Of a stretch of 32,000 bases of DNA, positions 8,366 through 16,386 are shown in pieces (the stretch's first letter is position 1; each line of letters starts with the position of its first letter). The notes beneath the pieces are model-generated. The model saw nothing but the letters and a program-made list of their open reading frames with translations, was not told where the DNA came from and did not search any database. The position numbers and the translations under genes were made by a program. The stretch is from Planctomycetales bacterium (lineage in GTDB: Bacteria > 4484-113 > JAFGCY01): assembly GCA_022646745.1 (NCBI GenBank), contig CP060262.1, positions 3,240,001-3,272,000 on the forward strand, given 5' to 3'.

Positions 8366-9511
8366 ATGCGCGCACTGAGGCAATTCATCACGCTTTTCCG
8401 GCAACCTGCGCAGATATGGGCAACAGATGGACGCGTTCTGCTGTCCAACAGCTCCTTCAACAATCTCTTTGGGCTGGATGCAGGCTTCGACTGGCATGCA
8501 ATCAATTTCCGCTTCGTTGAGGATCCTCAGATCATCGCCGCCGGGGCAGACCACCTTATCAAACATGCCCTGTCGGGCCGCTTTGTCGATATCCACAGCC
8601 TTGAATACATTCCGGCGCGAAATCCACGATTCGCCGCTGGACGCTCAGAACCCGTCAAACTCTTCCTCAACCTGCAGCCGATTATCGTGGAGGACGGTCT
8701 GGACTGCATTATTTGTGTGGTGTCGGACTACATGGCGGGCGGTGAACTGATGGAGCAGCAGCTGATCCGCAGCCAGAAGATGGAGAACCTAGAAACCCTG
8801 GCCAACGGCATTGCGCACGAATTCAACAACCTGCTCACCGGCATAAAGGGGATGACCAGCCTGATCATGGATGAAGTTGAACCGGAATCGGATGTGTACA
8901 GCTTCGCCCTGGCAATTGACGACAACATCGAACGCGGGGCCAAGCTGATCGAACAGCTGCTCAGCTACAGCCGTGAAATGCCCTACATGCTCAAGCGCAC
9001 AAGCATCGGCAGCTACTTCCAGGATACCTTTTCGATGCTGCGCCTGCAGGTTACCAAACGCATCCAGTTCGACCTGCGCATGATGGTTGAGGCGGAGGTG
9101 ATGCTTGACCGCCATCGGATGGACCAGGTCATAGCCAGCCTGCTTGTCAATGCACGCAATGCAATGGGACGAAACGGCCAGATCATTGTGACGGTAAGTG
9201 CAGTTGCTCCCCCCAGGCTGGAGGAACAGCTGCCGGATGTTGACTGGGTATGCATCTCAATCGAGGACAGTGGTCCGGGCATCCCGGCGGAACTGCGCGA
9301 GCGGATCTTCGAACCGTTCTTCAGTACTAATCGCCACAGCATATCCACTGGACTCGGACTGAGTGTTGCCAATAAGATCGTCAAGTTGCATAATGGCATC
9401 CTGCAGGCTGGAGACAGTGAAGAGCTCGGTGGCGCTGCCATGCGAATCTACCTGCCAAAGGCGGAGATTTCGATCAACGCAACATCCTCAATCCCGCAGG
9501 CACGCAACTGA
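8366..9511 (+). CDS. Cytoplasmic PAS-type sensor histidine kinase (orphan)
   Basis: H-box IAHEFNNLLTGI, N-box LLVNARNAM, G1 DSGPGI, G2 GLGLSV. The N-terminal ~140 aa is PAS-like. No TM segment and no adjacent response regulator. Confidence 0.85.
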   Translation: MRALRQFITLFRQPAQIWATDGRVLLSNSSFNNLFGLDAGFDWHAINFRFVEDPQIIAAGADHLIKHALSGRFVDIHSLEYIPARNPRFAAGRSEPVKLFLNLQPIIVEDGLDCIICVVSDYMAGGELMEQQLIRSQKMENLETLANGIAHEFNNLLTGIKGMTSLIMDEVEPESDVYSFALAIDDNIERGAKLIEQLLSYSREMPYMLKRTSIGSYFQDTFSMLRLQVTKRIQFDLRMMVEAEVMLDRHRMDQVIASLLVNARNAMGRNGQIIVTVSAVAPPRLEEQLPDVDWVCISIEDSGPGIPAELRERIFEPFFSTNRHSISTGLGLSVANKIVKLHNGILQAGDSEELGGAAMRIYLPKAEISINATSSIPQARN

Positions 9512-10373
9512 TCTCCACGATCCGGCTGTTCCAGTCGTAACATTCCCCGTCAGCGGCAAGGATCGGGATCACTTCGTCAGACTCCACCCTGAAGGATTCA
9601 ACCTGGCGGTACTCCACCATCTGCCTGCCGATATGCTGGCCCTTGATGGCGGCAGGCATCAGCTTGACCATGTCGAACTTTGATGTCTCCCTGATCAGCA
9701 ACATGTCGATCAATCCGTCGTCAATCCTTGCATCAGGGGCAATGCGTGTGCCACCGCCGATGAGCGCGCTGTTCATGCCGAGGATCCAGTAGAACCTGCC
9801 GGTTTCCTCGAAATCGCCTGCGGTGACGGTGACCCTGCTGCACTGCATACGAGAAAGGGCCAACAGGAACAGAAGGTTGTAATTGCTTCGCAGCATGCCC
9901 CTGCGCCGCTCACGCTCCTGCAGCGTTTCGGTGTCAATCCCGAAGCCTGCACTGTTGATGTAGCGGAAGTCACCGATTGTTCCATAATCAGTCGCCTGCG
10001 CTGTCAGCTCACCCAGCCTGGCAACCCGATGCTCAAGACCGGCGGGAAAGCCAAGGAATGTGGCGAAGTCATTTCCAGTCCCACTCGGAAGGATTGCCAG
10101 AACCTGCTTGCCAAGGTCAATGTGCTGCAGCACCCTGTTCAGCGTTCCGTCTCCGCCGATGACGAGTACCAGCTCATGGGTCTCTTGGCTGCGGGTCACG
10201 ATCCGCTGCATGTCATTCAGGTCTTCGGGACAGATTATCTGCACTCCCGGCAGCACCTGTGGTAACAGTTCCTTGAAGCGATCCAGCAGCATCAGCTGCG
10301 TGCGCGACAGTATCGCGATGCACTTCGCTGAACGGAATTCACTGTTGGGCTGAAACTGGGGCAATCCGACCAC
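9474..10373 (-). CDS. Diacylglycerol-kinase-family lipid kinase (YegS/DAGK catalytic domain)
   Basis: Motifs VLVIGGDGTLNRVL and PSGTGNDFA; length about 300 aa; GTG start. Confidence 0.85.
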   Translation of the reverse strand: MVGLPQFQPNSEFRSAKCIAILSRTQLMLLDRFKELLPQVLPGVQIICPEDLNDMQRIVTRSQETHELVLVIGGDGTLNRVLQHIDLGKQVLAILPSGTGNDFATFLGFPAGLEHRVARLGELTAQATDYGTIGDFRYINSAGFGIDTETLQERERRRGMLRSNYNLLFLLALSRMQCSRVTVTAGDFEETGRFYWILGMNSALIGGGTRIAPDARIDDGLIDMLLIRETSKFDMVKLMPAAIKGQHIGRQMVEYRQVESFRVESDEVIPILAADGECYDWNSRIVEISCVPAGLRMLR

Positions 10374-10396
10374 CTGGTGTATCGTAGTGCCTGATT

Positions 10397-11512
10397 ATGC
10401 CACGGAGCAGCAAGCCAGCAGCGTCCTCATTTGTCCAGAAGGGAGTGCGGCTTGCAGCGGCTGCACTGATCAGTTCATTGCTGTGCATGATATTGGCATC
10501 CAACACCGCCACAGCCTTCAACAGTTACCAGGACCTGTTCGTAATGCTCAGTGCCCGCCCTCTTGGCATGGGAGGAGCTGCGGCAGCGGTGAGTGATCCA
10601 AGCTCCGCCTTCACCAATCCGGCCGCACTTGCCGGCTTTCGTGGTTTGCGCCTGATGCACAACCACAGTGCCCGGCACTTCCCGGGCAGTACTGAAGGCG
10701 GACAAAGCGAATGGGACCAGCTGGATGGTGACAGCCAGGCGCTGGTCGTCGGTTTGCCAATCGGCACCTACGCTCACGGCTTTACCTTCAGTGGGGAAAT
10801 GGGATATGACTTCCGCGGCCACCCAGCTGATGGTAGCCTCGGTTATCCACGTGAGCAGTACTGGGGCACACAGAGTGTCGACGCCTTTGCCACCGCAGCT
10901 GTGCTGCCAGTCCGGGGCGGAATAGCCCTGCGCCGGGAGTTCAGTCGCTACACCCCTGCGGAGGATGACCATACCGGCATCGCCTGGCTTCGACTGGGCG
11001 AAGGGCAGCACACCGGCTTCATGGCGCGGGTCTGGCCTGGGCTGGATTATGGACAGAGCGAACTGAAGATGGACTACGACTGGACCCTGCTGCAGGAAGA
11101 CCCTAAGCGTAACGCCTTCAGTGAAATGACCAGCCGCCTCAAGCAGAAACGCAGTGGCTGGGCCCTCCATCCGACGGCCTGGCTCTGCATTGCGAGTGAT
11201 GAGGTCAACGAGAACTACATTCTTGAAGACGGCAAGCAGCAGACACTGGAAAACCTGCCCGGGCTCGGAGTGATACACACCGGAAACCGCAAGGTACGCA
11301 GGGTTCTCACTGGAATGGAACTGCATCTTGGCAACGGACTGGCCCTGCGGCAGGGGAACTTCGATGGCAACCATACTGTCGGCCTGAGCATCCAGCTGCC
11401 ATTCGTACGGGCTAACTATGCTGAGGTGGAGGACCTGCTGCCTGCCATAGTGGGGAGTGGTGACTCATACAAGGACATCCACATCTACGGCTTTGAGACC
11501 GAGCTGTTCTGA
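10397..11512 (+). CDS. Putative outer-membrane beta-barrel protein
   Basis: N-terminal signal-like region. The motif ARPLGMGGAAAAVSDPSSAFTNPAALA is typical of the first strand of several OM beta-barrel families (PorV/UPF0164/FadL-like). Alternating-polarity strands, aromatic-rich, C-terminal Phe (ETELF). The exact family and start are uncertain. Confidence 0.6.
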   Translation: MPRSSKPAASSFVQKGVRLAAAALISSLLCMILASNTATAFNSYQDLFVMLSARPLGMGGAAAAVSDPSSAFTNPAALAGFRGLRLMHNHSARHFPGSTEGGQSEWDQLDGDSQALVVGLPIGTYAHGFTFSGEMGYDFRGHPADGSLGYPREQYWGTQSVDAFATAAVLPVRGGIALRREFSRYTPAEDDHTGIAWLRLGEGQHTGFMARVWPGLDYGQSELKMDYDWTLLQEDPKRNAFSEMTSRLKQKRSGWALHPTAWLCIASDEVNENYILEDGKQQTLENLPGLGVIHTGNRKVRRVLTGMELHLGNGLALRQGNFDGNHTVGLSIQLPFVRANYAEVEDLLPAIVGSGDSYKDIHIYGFETELF

Positions 11513-11940
11513 TCATCTCCAGCCTCAGGCTCCACAGCACCGCAGGTGCACACTCCTCTTCCCCAGGGATGTTCCATTTGCTCGAAGGAAATCACGATCG
11601 GGTATCCGTCCGGGTCATAGATGAAGAAGTAGTAACGTGCTTCTTCCGTACTGGGAGGAGCGCTCAGGCGCTGGCGCTTGCGGTAGAAGTGCTCATAGAG
11701 CTCCTCCAGTTCCGCCATGCTTTCGACGGCCCAGCCGAAATAATGCTGCGGATCCTTCGGTGGCTCACCCTGCCCCAGGGTCAGCATCAGGTTGCAGCGA
11801 GTCAGCCATGCGATTTCGCTGATCCCGTGGTCATAGAAGAAGCCCAGCACTGTCGTGTAGAAGTCAATGCTCGTCTTCATGTCTGAGACGGCAAGGTGGA
11901 TGTGCATGCTGCCAACGGGCCTGACGGGTTTGTTTACCAC
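11485..11940 (-). CDS. VOC (glyoxalase/bleomycin-resistance/dioxygenase) superfamily protein
   Basis: MHIHLAVSDMKTSIDFYTTVLGF is a typical VOC first beta-alpha-beta unit, and DPDGYPI is typical of the last strand. GTG start at 11940 (ATG 11 codons downstream is an alternative). Confidence 0.75.
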   Translation of the reverse strand: MVNKPVRPVGSMHIHLAVSDMKTSIDFYTTVLGFFYDHGISEIAWLTRCNLMLTLGQGEPPKDPQHYFGWAVESMAELEELYEHFYRKRQRLSAPPSTEEARYYFFIYDPDGYPIVISFEQMEHPWGRGVCTCGAVEPEAGDDQNSSVSKP

Positions 11941-11963
11941 CCAGCTATTCTAGCGGCAGTGGA

Positions 11964-12758
11964 TTAGTTAGCCAGCAGTGCCCAGATGCCGACGGCTGCG
12001 CAGTAGATGCTGAAGTAGTACAGCCGGCGCTTGCGCAGCAGGGTCAGCAGGAAGCGGATTGCCAGCACGCCGCAAATAGCCGCCGCTACGAAACCGGCAA
12101 GCAATCCAGCAATCGGCACATTACCGCTTGCGGTATCCGCTGCCATGTCCGGCAGGCTCAGCACAACTGCGCCGAGGATAGCAGGCACGCTCAGCAGGAA
12201 GGAGAAGCGTGCAGCCCGGCCATAGTCCAGCCCGAGCAGGAGCATCATGCTGATCGTGCTGCCGCTGCGGCTGATGCCGGGCATTACCGCCACGGCCTGG
12301 GCAATGCCACCAGCCAGCGCCCTGCCCCAGCCCGGTGTTGCCAGCGGATCCGGTCCAGGCACTGCCTTCAGGCGCTTCTCCACGAACTCCGCCAGCAGCA
12401 GCAGTCCCGCTGTCACCAGCAGGAATATCCCGACATAGTGCACGGCCTGCGGTCCATCCACCATTGCTTCTATCCGGTCCTTGAAGGGCAGAGCAAGCGC
12501 GGCTGTCACTACCGTGGCAAGTGCCAGCGCGCCGATGTAGTGCCAGCGACCCTGCCTGAGCAGGTCCAGCAGGTCTCGGCCGTAAACCACAAGCACGCTG
12601 ATTAGTGTGGCCAGGTGCAGCACGATCTCCGTGGTGACCCCATGCGGGTTCATGCCGAGGATACTCTGGGCCAGAACGAGATGGCCGCTGGAACTGACAG
12701 GCAGGAATTCTGTCAGGCCCTGGATGATGCCGAGGATGATGAAGTCAAGGATCTGCAA
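11964..12758 (-). CDS. uppP: Undecaprenyl-diphosphate phosphatase
   Basis: Signature GLTEFLPVSSSGHL near the N-terminus and PGISRSGSTI motif; 8-TM-like profile; TTG start. Confidence 0.93.
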   Translation of the reverse strand: MQILDFIILGIIQGLTEFLPVSSSGHLVLAQSILGMNPHGVTTEIVLHLATLISVLVVYGRDLLDLLRQGRWHYIGALALATVVTAALALPFKDRIEAMVDGPQAVHYVGIFLLVTAGLLLLAEFVEKRLKAVPGPDPLATPGWGRALAGGIAQAVAVMPGISRSGSTISMMLLLGLDYGRAARFSFLLSVPAILGAVVLSLPDMAADTASGNVPIAGLLAGFVAAAICGVLAIRFLLTLLRKRRLYYFSIYCAAVGIWALLAN

Positions 12759-12764
12759 CGGGGC

Positions 12765-12773
12765 ATTCTAGCA
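12765..12773 (-). promoter_or_regulatory. Candidate extended -10 element (TGCTAGAAT) 6 nt upstream of the uppP start
   Basis: The minus strand reads GGTGCTAGAAT GCCCCG TTG. No SD. Confidence 0.45.
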
Positions 12774-12793
12774 CCGCCATTGAGCACGGCTCC

Positions 12794-12799
12794 TATAAT
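12794..12799 (+). promoter_or_regulatory. Candidate -10 box (TATAAT) 6 nt upstream of ATG 12806
   Basis: Perfect TATAAT, then GGCCGC, then ATG. No SD. It lies back-to-back with the uppP element in a 47-bp spacer. Confidence 0.45.
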
Positions 12800-12805
12800 G
12801 GCCGC

Positions 12806-13237
12806 ATGCCCGACAGCCACCCCTTTGCCTCCCAGTTCATTGCCCATATGCAGCATACACAGCAGAGCTATGTCAGGCGTGACCTGCCCGCCTACCTTGC
12901 CGGTTTCGCGACTGATTACTACTCAGTCCAGCTTGATACACACTGGGGAGAGGACAAGCAGCAGCTTGAGGAGAAGATGGTCAAGGACATGCAGAAATTC
13001 GAGCTGCTGGACATGCAGCTCAATGTGATCCGCGATTTCTATGCTGGGGAGACCGGCTTTGGCCACCTTGAGTACCTGACGCGGCTGAAGTTCACCGATA
13101 GCGGCCGGGTGCTGATAGACAAGCGCCGTAACCTGATCGTGGCTCGCCACCTCGGTGGGGGCAAGTGGGAAATCATCAGTAAGATCGTGATCAGCGCCGC
13201 CAACTACTTCGAAGCTGATTCCACGCCGGATATCTGA
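12806..13237 (+). CDS. Small NTF2-like (SnoaL/DUF4440-type) protein, function unknown
   Basis: 143 aa. The overall pattern and the C-terminal GGGKWEIISKIV resemble NTF2-fold proteins. Assignment is by pattern only. Confidence 0.55.
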   Translation: MPDSHPFASQFIAHMQHTQQSYVRRDLPAYLAGFATDYYSVQLDTHWGEDKQQLEEKMVKDMQKFELLDMQLNVIRDFYAGETGFGHLEYLTRLKFTDSGRVLIDKRRNLIVARHLGGGKWEIISKIVISAANYFEADSTPDI

Positions 13238-13292
13238 AATCCGAATATACGGAATTGAAACGCTTTTGGCCTAAGCGGGATATGCTCTGTTA

Positions 13293-14450
13293 ATGGATCG
13301 CAAACTGAAAATCGGCATCACCTGCTACCCCACATTTGGTGGAAGCGGCGTGGTCGCCACGGAACTCGGAATTGCGCTGGCAAACAGCGGGCACGAAGTG
13401 CACTTCATTACGAACCGCCTGCCTGTACGCCTGCAGAAGAGCCTGGACGCCGATATCTCCTTCCACGGCGTCAACGTGCTGAACTATGCGCTGTTCCCAC
13501 ACGAGCCATATACGCTTGCCCTTGCCAGCAAGATGGCGCAAGTGGTGGACAGCTACGGCCTGGACCTGCTGCATGTGCATTACGCGATCCCGCATGCAGT
13601 CAGCGCGCATCTCGCCAAGGAAATGCTGGACGGCCGCTTCAAGGTAGTGACGACCCTGCACGGGACGGATATCACCCTGGTTGGCAATGATCCCAGCCTG
13701 CACCCGATCACAAGATTCGCGATCAACAACAATGATGCTGTCACCGCAGTTTCCGAATGGCTGCGTCAGGAAACCATCCGTGAGTTCAATCCGACGATTG
13801 ACATAGACGTGATAGAGAACAGCGTGGACATAGAGCAGTTCAGCCCGGAAGTCGGCCGTGAATGGGCCGGCCGGCACTACTGCGAGGAAGGCCTGCCGAA
13901 CCTGATCCATGTCTCGAACTTCCGCCCGGTCAAGAAGGCGCCTGATGTCATACGCGTATTTGCGAAGGTGCTGGAGCAGGTTCCCGCCAGGCTGCTGATG
14001 GTCGGTGACGGCCCGGACCTGCCCACGGCGATGCAGGCTGCCCGCGAACTGGGAGTGCACGACAAGGTCAGTTTCCTTGGAAACCGTGAGGATGTGAACT
14101 TCCTGATGGCCTCCAGCGACATCCTGCTGATGCCCAGCCAGAGCGAAAGCTTCGGCCTGGCAGCCCTGGAGGCGATGGCCTGCGAAACAGCCGTGATTGC
14201 ATCCCGCACCGGTGGCCTGCCTGACCTGGTACGTGACGGAATAGATGGCTACATCTGCGAGCAGGACGACATCGACGGCATGGCCGCCCGGGTTGTCGAG
14301 CTGCTGCGCAACCCGGCAAGATTAACTGAAATGAAACAGGCGGCGCGAGCCCGCGCGGTAGATTCTTACAGGGTGGAAATCATCATGGAGAAGTACCTGG
14401 CGCTCTACGACCGGGTACTGAGCGAAAAGAGGAACATCGCGCTTGTCTAG
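13293..14450 (+). CDS. bshA: N-acetyl-alpha-D-glucosaminyl L-malate synthase (bacillithiol biosynthesis, GT4)
   Basis: N-terminus KLKIGITCYPTFGGSGVVATELGIALANSGHEVHFIT, then TTLHGTDITL, IHVSNFRPVKK and ESFGLAALEAMAC. This is near-collinear with the Bacillus BshA sequence as I recall it. Confidence 0.85.
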   Translation: MDRKLKIGITCYPTFGGSGVVATELGIALANSGHEVHFITNRLPVRLQKSLDADISFHGVNVLNYALFPHEPYTLALASKMAQVVDSYGLDLLHVHYAIPHAVSAHLAKEMLDGRFKVVTTLHGTDITLVGNDPSLHPITRFAINNNDAVTAVSEWLRQETIREFNPTIDIDVIENSVDIEQFSPEVGREWAGRHYCEEGLPNLIHVSNFRPVKKAPDVIRVFAKVLEQVPARLLMVGDGPDLPTAMQAARELGVHDKVSFLGNREDVNFLMASSDILLMPSQSESFGLAALEAMACETAVIASRTGGLPDLVRDGIDGYICEQDDIDGMAARVVELLRNPARLTEMKQAARARAVDSYRVEIIMEKYLALYDRVLSEKRNIALV

Positions 14451-15537
14451 CGGCCAGCTATTCGGAGTAATAGACAGCTGCCTGAAGGGCCTCAGTGAGA
14501 AGCTTGAGATGCTTGGGCAGCTCTATCGTGCGCACCCGGAAACCGAGCCGATCCTGCAACCGCTTGAAAGCATGCAGCACCGTATCAATCTCGAAGAGAA
14601 GATGATCCGCCTTCGCCTGGGAATTGACAGCGGCACCGCAAAGCGCATCCGGGATTACAACCCGGAACTGCTCGGTGGCATTCCCGCAGATGAGCTGGCC
14701 GAGCGCATCATCCGTGAACTACGGGCCTGCCAGGAGTACTGCCGCACGCTTGAGGAGTACTTCAAGTTCTTCAAACTGGAGAATGTCTCACAGTTCTACA
14801 AGCACATGCGCTTTGACTTCTACGAGTTTGAGCGTAAGAGCGTCGCATTGACCGGACGCTCCATGAGCGTACTGCGAACATCGGACAGCAGCTCTGATCT
14901 CTCATATGACCATCTCGACAGGTTCAGTAGAGCCATAGCCCTGCATCCACTGTATTTCATCCTCGATTCCTCACTGTGCAAGAACCGGGACCCGATTCGC
15001 GTCGCCTTCGATGCCGTGGCAGGCGGCGTGAAGGTATTGCAGACCCGTTTCAAGAGCCTTGGCAACCGAAAATATCTGGACCTTGCCCGCAAGCTGCACA
15101 GCATCTGCCGGGAAAAGGACTGCCTGCTCATCATCAATGACCGCGTTGACATCGCATTGATGAGTGGAGCGGATGGAGTGCATGTCGGTGCGGACGACTT
15201 CAGTGTGCAGGAAATCCGCAGCATCAGCGAGAACCTGATCGTCGGCCGCAGCGCTCGAACCGTGGCAGATGCCCAGCAGGCCCAGATGGATGGAGCTGAC
15301 TACATCGGCACCGGTGCGGTGTTCGCATCCACAACGAAGCAGACAGCCCCGGTGATCGGCCTGCGTGGCCTGGAAAAGGTCGTGCGCAGCGTGGAAATTC
15401 CAGTGGTTGGCATCGGCGGAATCCAGGAAGACAATTGTGCTTCTGTACTTAAGACAGGTGCCGCTGGATTCTGCAGCATCGGACCATTCCGCGCCCGCCG
15501 CAGTGTGAAGAACCTGGCTGCGGACTTCAAACGGTAG
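14443..15537 (+). CDS. thiE: Thiamine-phosphate synthase with an uncharacterised N-terminal extension of about 170 aa
   Basis: The C-terminal ~190 aa is ThiE-like (LYFILDSS..., LIINDRVDIALMSGADGVHVG, ADYIGTGAVFAS, IPVVGIGGI). The N-terminal helical region matches nothing I recognise. TTG 14443 overlaps the bshA stop by 8 nt. Confidence 0.8.
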   Translation: MSSGQLFGVIDSCLKGLSEKLEMLGQLYRAHPETEPILQPLESMQHRINLEEKMIRLRLGIDSGTAKRIRDYNPELLGGIPADELAERIIRELRACQEYCRTLEEYFKFFKLENVSQFYKHMRFDFYEFERKSVALTGRSMSVLRTSDSSSDLSYDHLDRFSRAIALHPLYFILDSSLCKNRDPIRVAFDAVAGGVKVLQTRFKSLGNRKYLDLARKLHSICREKDCLLIINDRVDIALMSGADGVHVGADDFSVQEIRSISENLIVGRSARTVADAQQAQMDGADYIGTGAVFASTTKQTAPVIGLRGLEKVVRSVEIPVVGIGGIQEDNCASVLKTGAAGFCSIGPFRARRSVKNLAADFKR

Positions 15538-15569
15538 AATGCTGCCATGCCGAGGAGGCAGCAATCCAG

Positions 15570-15773
15570 ATGATCAGCCTTACCGTGAACGGACGCAACC
15601 TGCAGTTCGATGAGGAATTGAGCGGTTCTCAACTGCTAGAGAAGCTCGACCGGAATGCCAAGACGCTCGTGATTGAGCACAATGGCAAGATCATCCCTGT
15701 GGCTGAATTCCTTGAAAGCATGGTACGTGACGGAGATGAACTGGAACTAGTCACTCTGGTTGGCGGCGGCTGA
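15570..15773 (+). CDS. thiS: Sulfur-carrier protein ThiS
   Basis: 67 aa, ubiquitin-like, C-terminus ...ELVTLVGGG (Gly-Gly end). Adjacent to thiE. SD GAGGAGG upstream. Confidence 0.85.
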   Translation: MISLTVNGRNLQFDEELSGSQLLEKLDRNAKTLVIEHNGKIIPVAEFLESMVRDGDELELVTLVGGG

Positions 15774-16386
15774 GCGGGTCATATACCCCGTTGCGGTGGA
15801 TGAAATCCGCCACGCTGTCAGGCACCATGTAGCGGACTGGCCGGTCCTGTCGCAGGCGCGTCCTGATATCCGAACTGGAAATGTCAACCGGGTTGACACT
15901 GACAAACTCCCAGTTGACAGTGAATTCCTTCAACTGATCCGGCAATCCCGAAGAGAAGTCGTGGGCACCGCGCCGTGCATAGATCACCAGCCGGCAGAGC
16001 TGCATGAAGATCTGCGCATCCTTCCAGCGGTGAAGCTGCTCAGCGCTGTCGGCCCCCAGGATGAAGTACAGTTCGGCCTCCGGGTGGTTCTCCCTGAAGC
16101 GCATCACAGTGTCAACGCTGTATGTGGTTCCGCCACGCCGCAGGTCATGGGCGTCCACATAGAATCTCTGGTCATCCTCCACTGCTGCGCGGACCATTGC
16201 CAACCGCTGAGCGTCCGTCGCATCGTTCTCGGGCTGGTCCTTCAGTGGATTGCCGGCACATGGTACGAAGGCTACGCGGGAGAGGCGGCAGCGATACCAG
16301 GCCTCCTGCGCTACCAGCAGGTGGCCGATGTGGAGGGGGTTGAAACTCCCCCCGAAGATGCCGATGCTGTCAGTTGACGACTCCAC
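15751..16386 (-). CDS. nadD: Nicotinate-nucleotide adenylyltransferase
   Basis: IGIFGGSFNPLHIGHL (HxGH nucleotidyltransferase motif) and SSSDIR motif. GTG start overlaps the obg-like stop by 17 nt. Confidence 0.9.
   Translation of the reverse strand: MESSTDSIGIFGGSFNPLHIGHLLVAQEAWYRCRLSRVAFVPCAGNPLKDQPENDATDAQRLAMVRAAVEDDQRFYVDAHDLRRGGTTYSVDTVMRFRENHPEAELYFILGADSAEQLHRWKDAQIFMQLCRLVIYARRGAHDFSSGLPDQLKEFTVNWEFVSVNPVDISSSDIRTRLRQDRPVRYMVPDSVADFIHRNGVYDPLSRRQPE

Noticed and set aside
14443-15569. Search for a TPP (THI-box) riboswitch upstream of thiE or thiS
   Set aside because: thiE overlaps bshA and the thiE-thiS gap is 32 nt. There is no room for the ~100-nt aptamer and no THI-box-like CUGAGA/ACCUGA core was seen.
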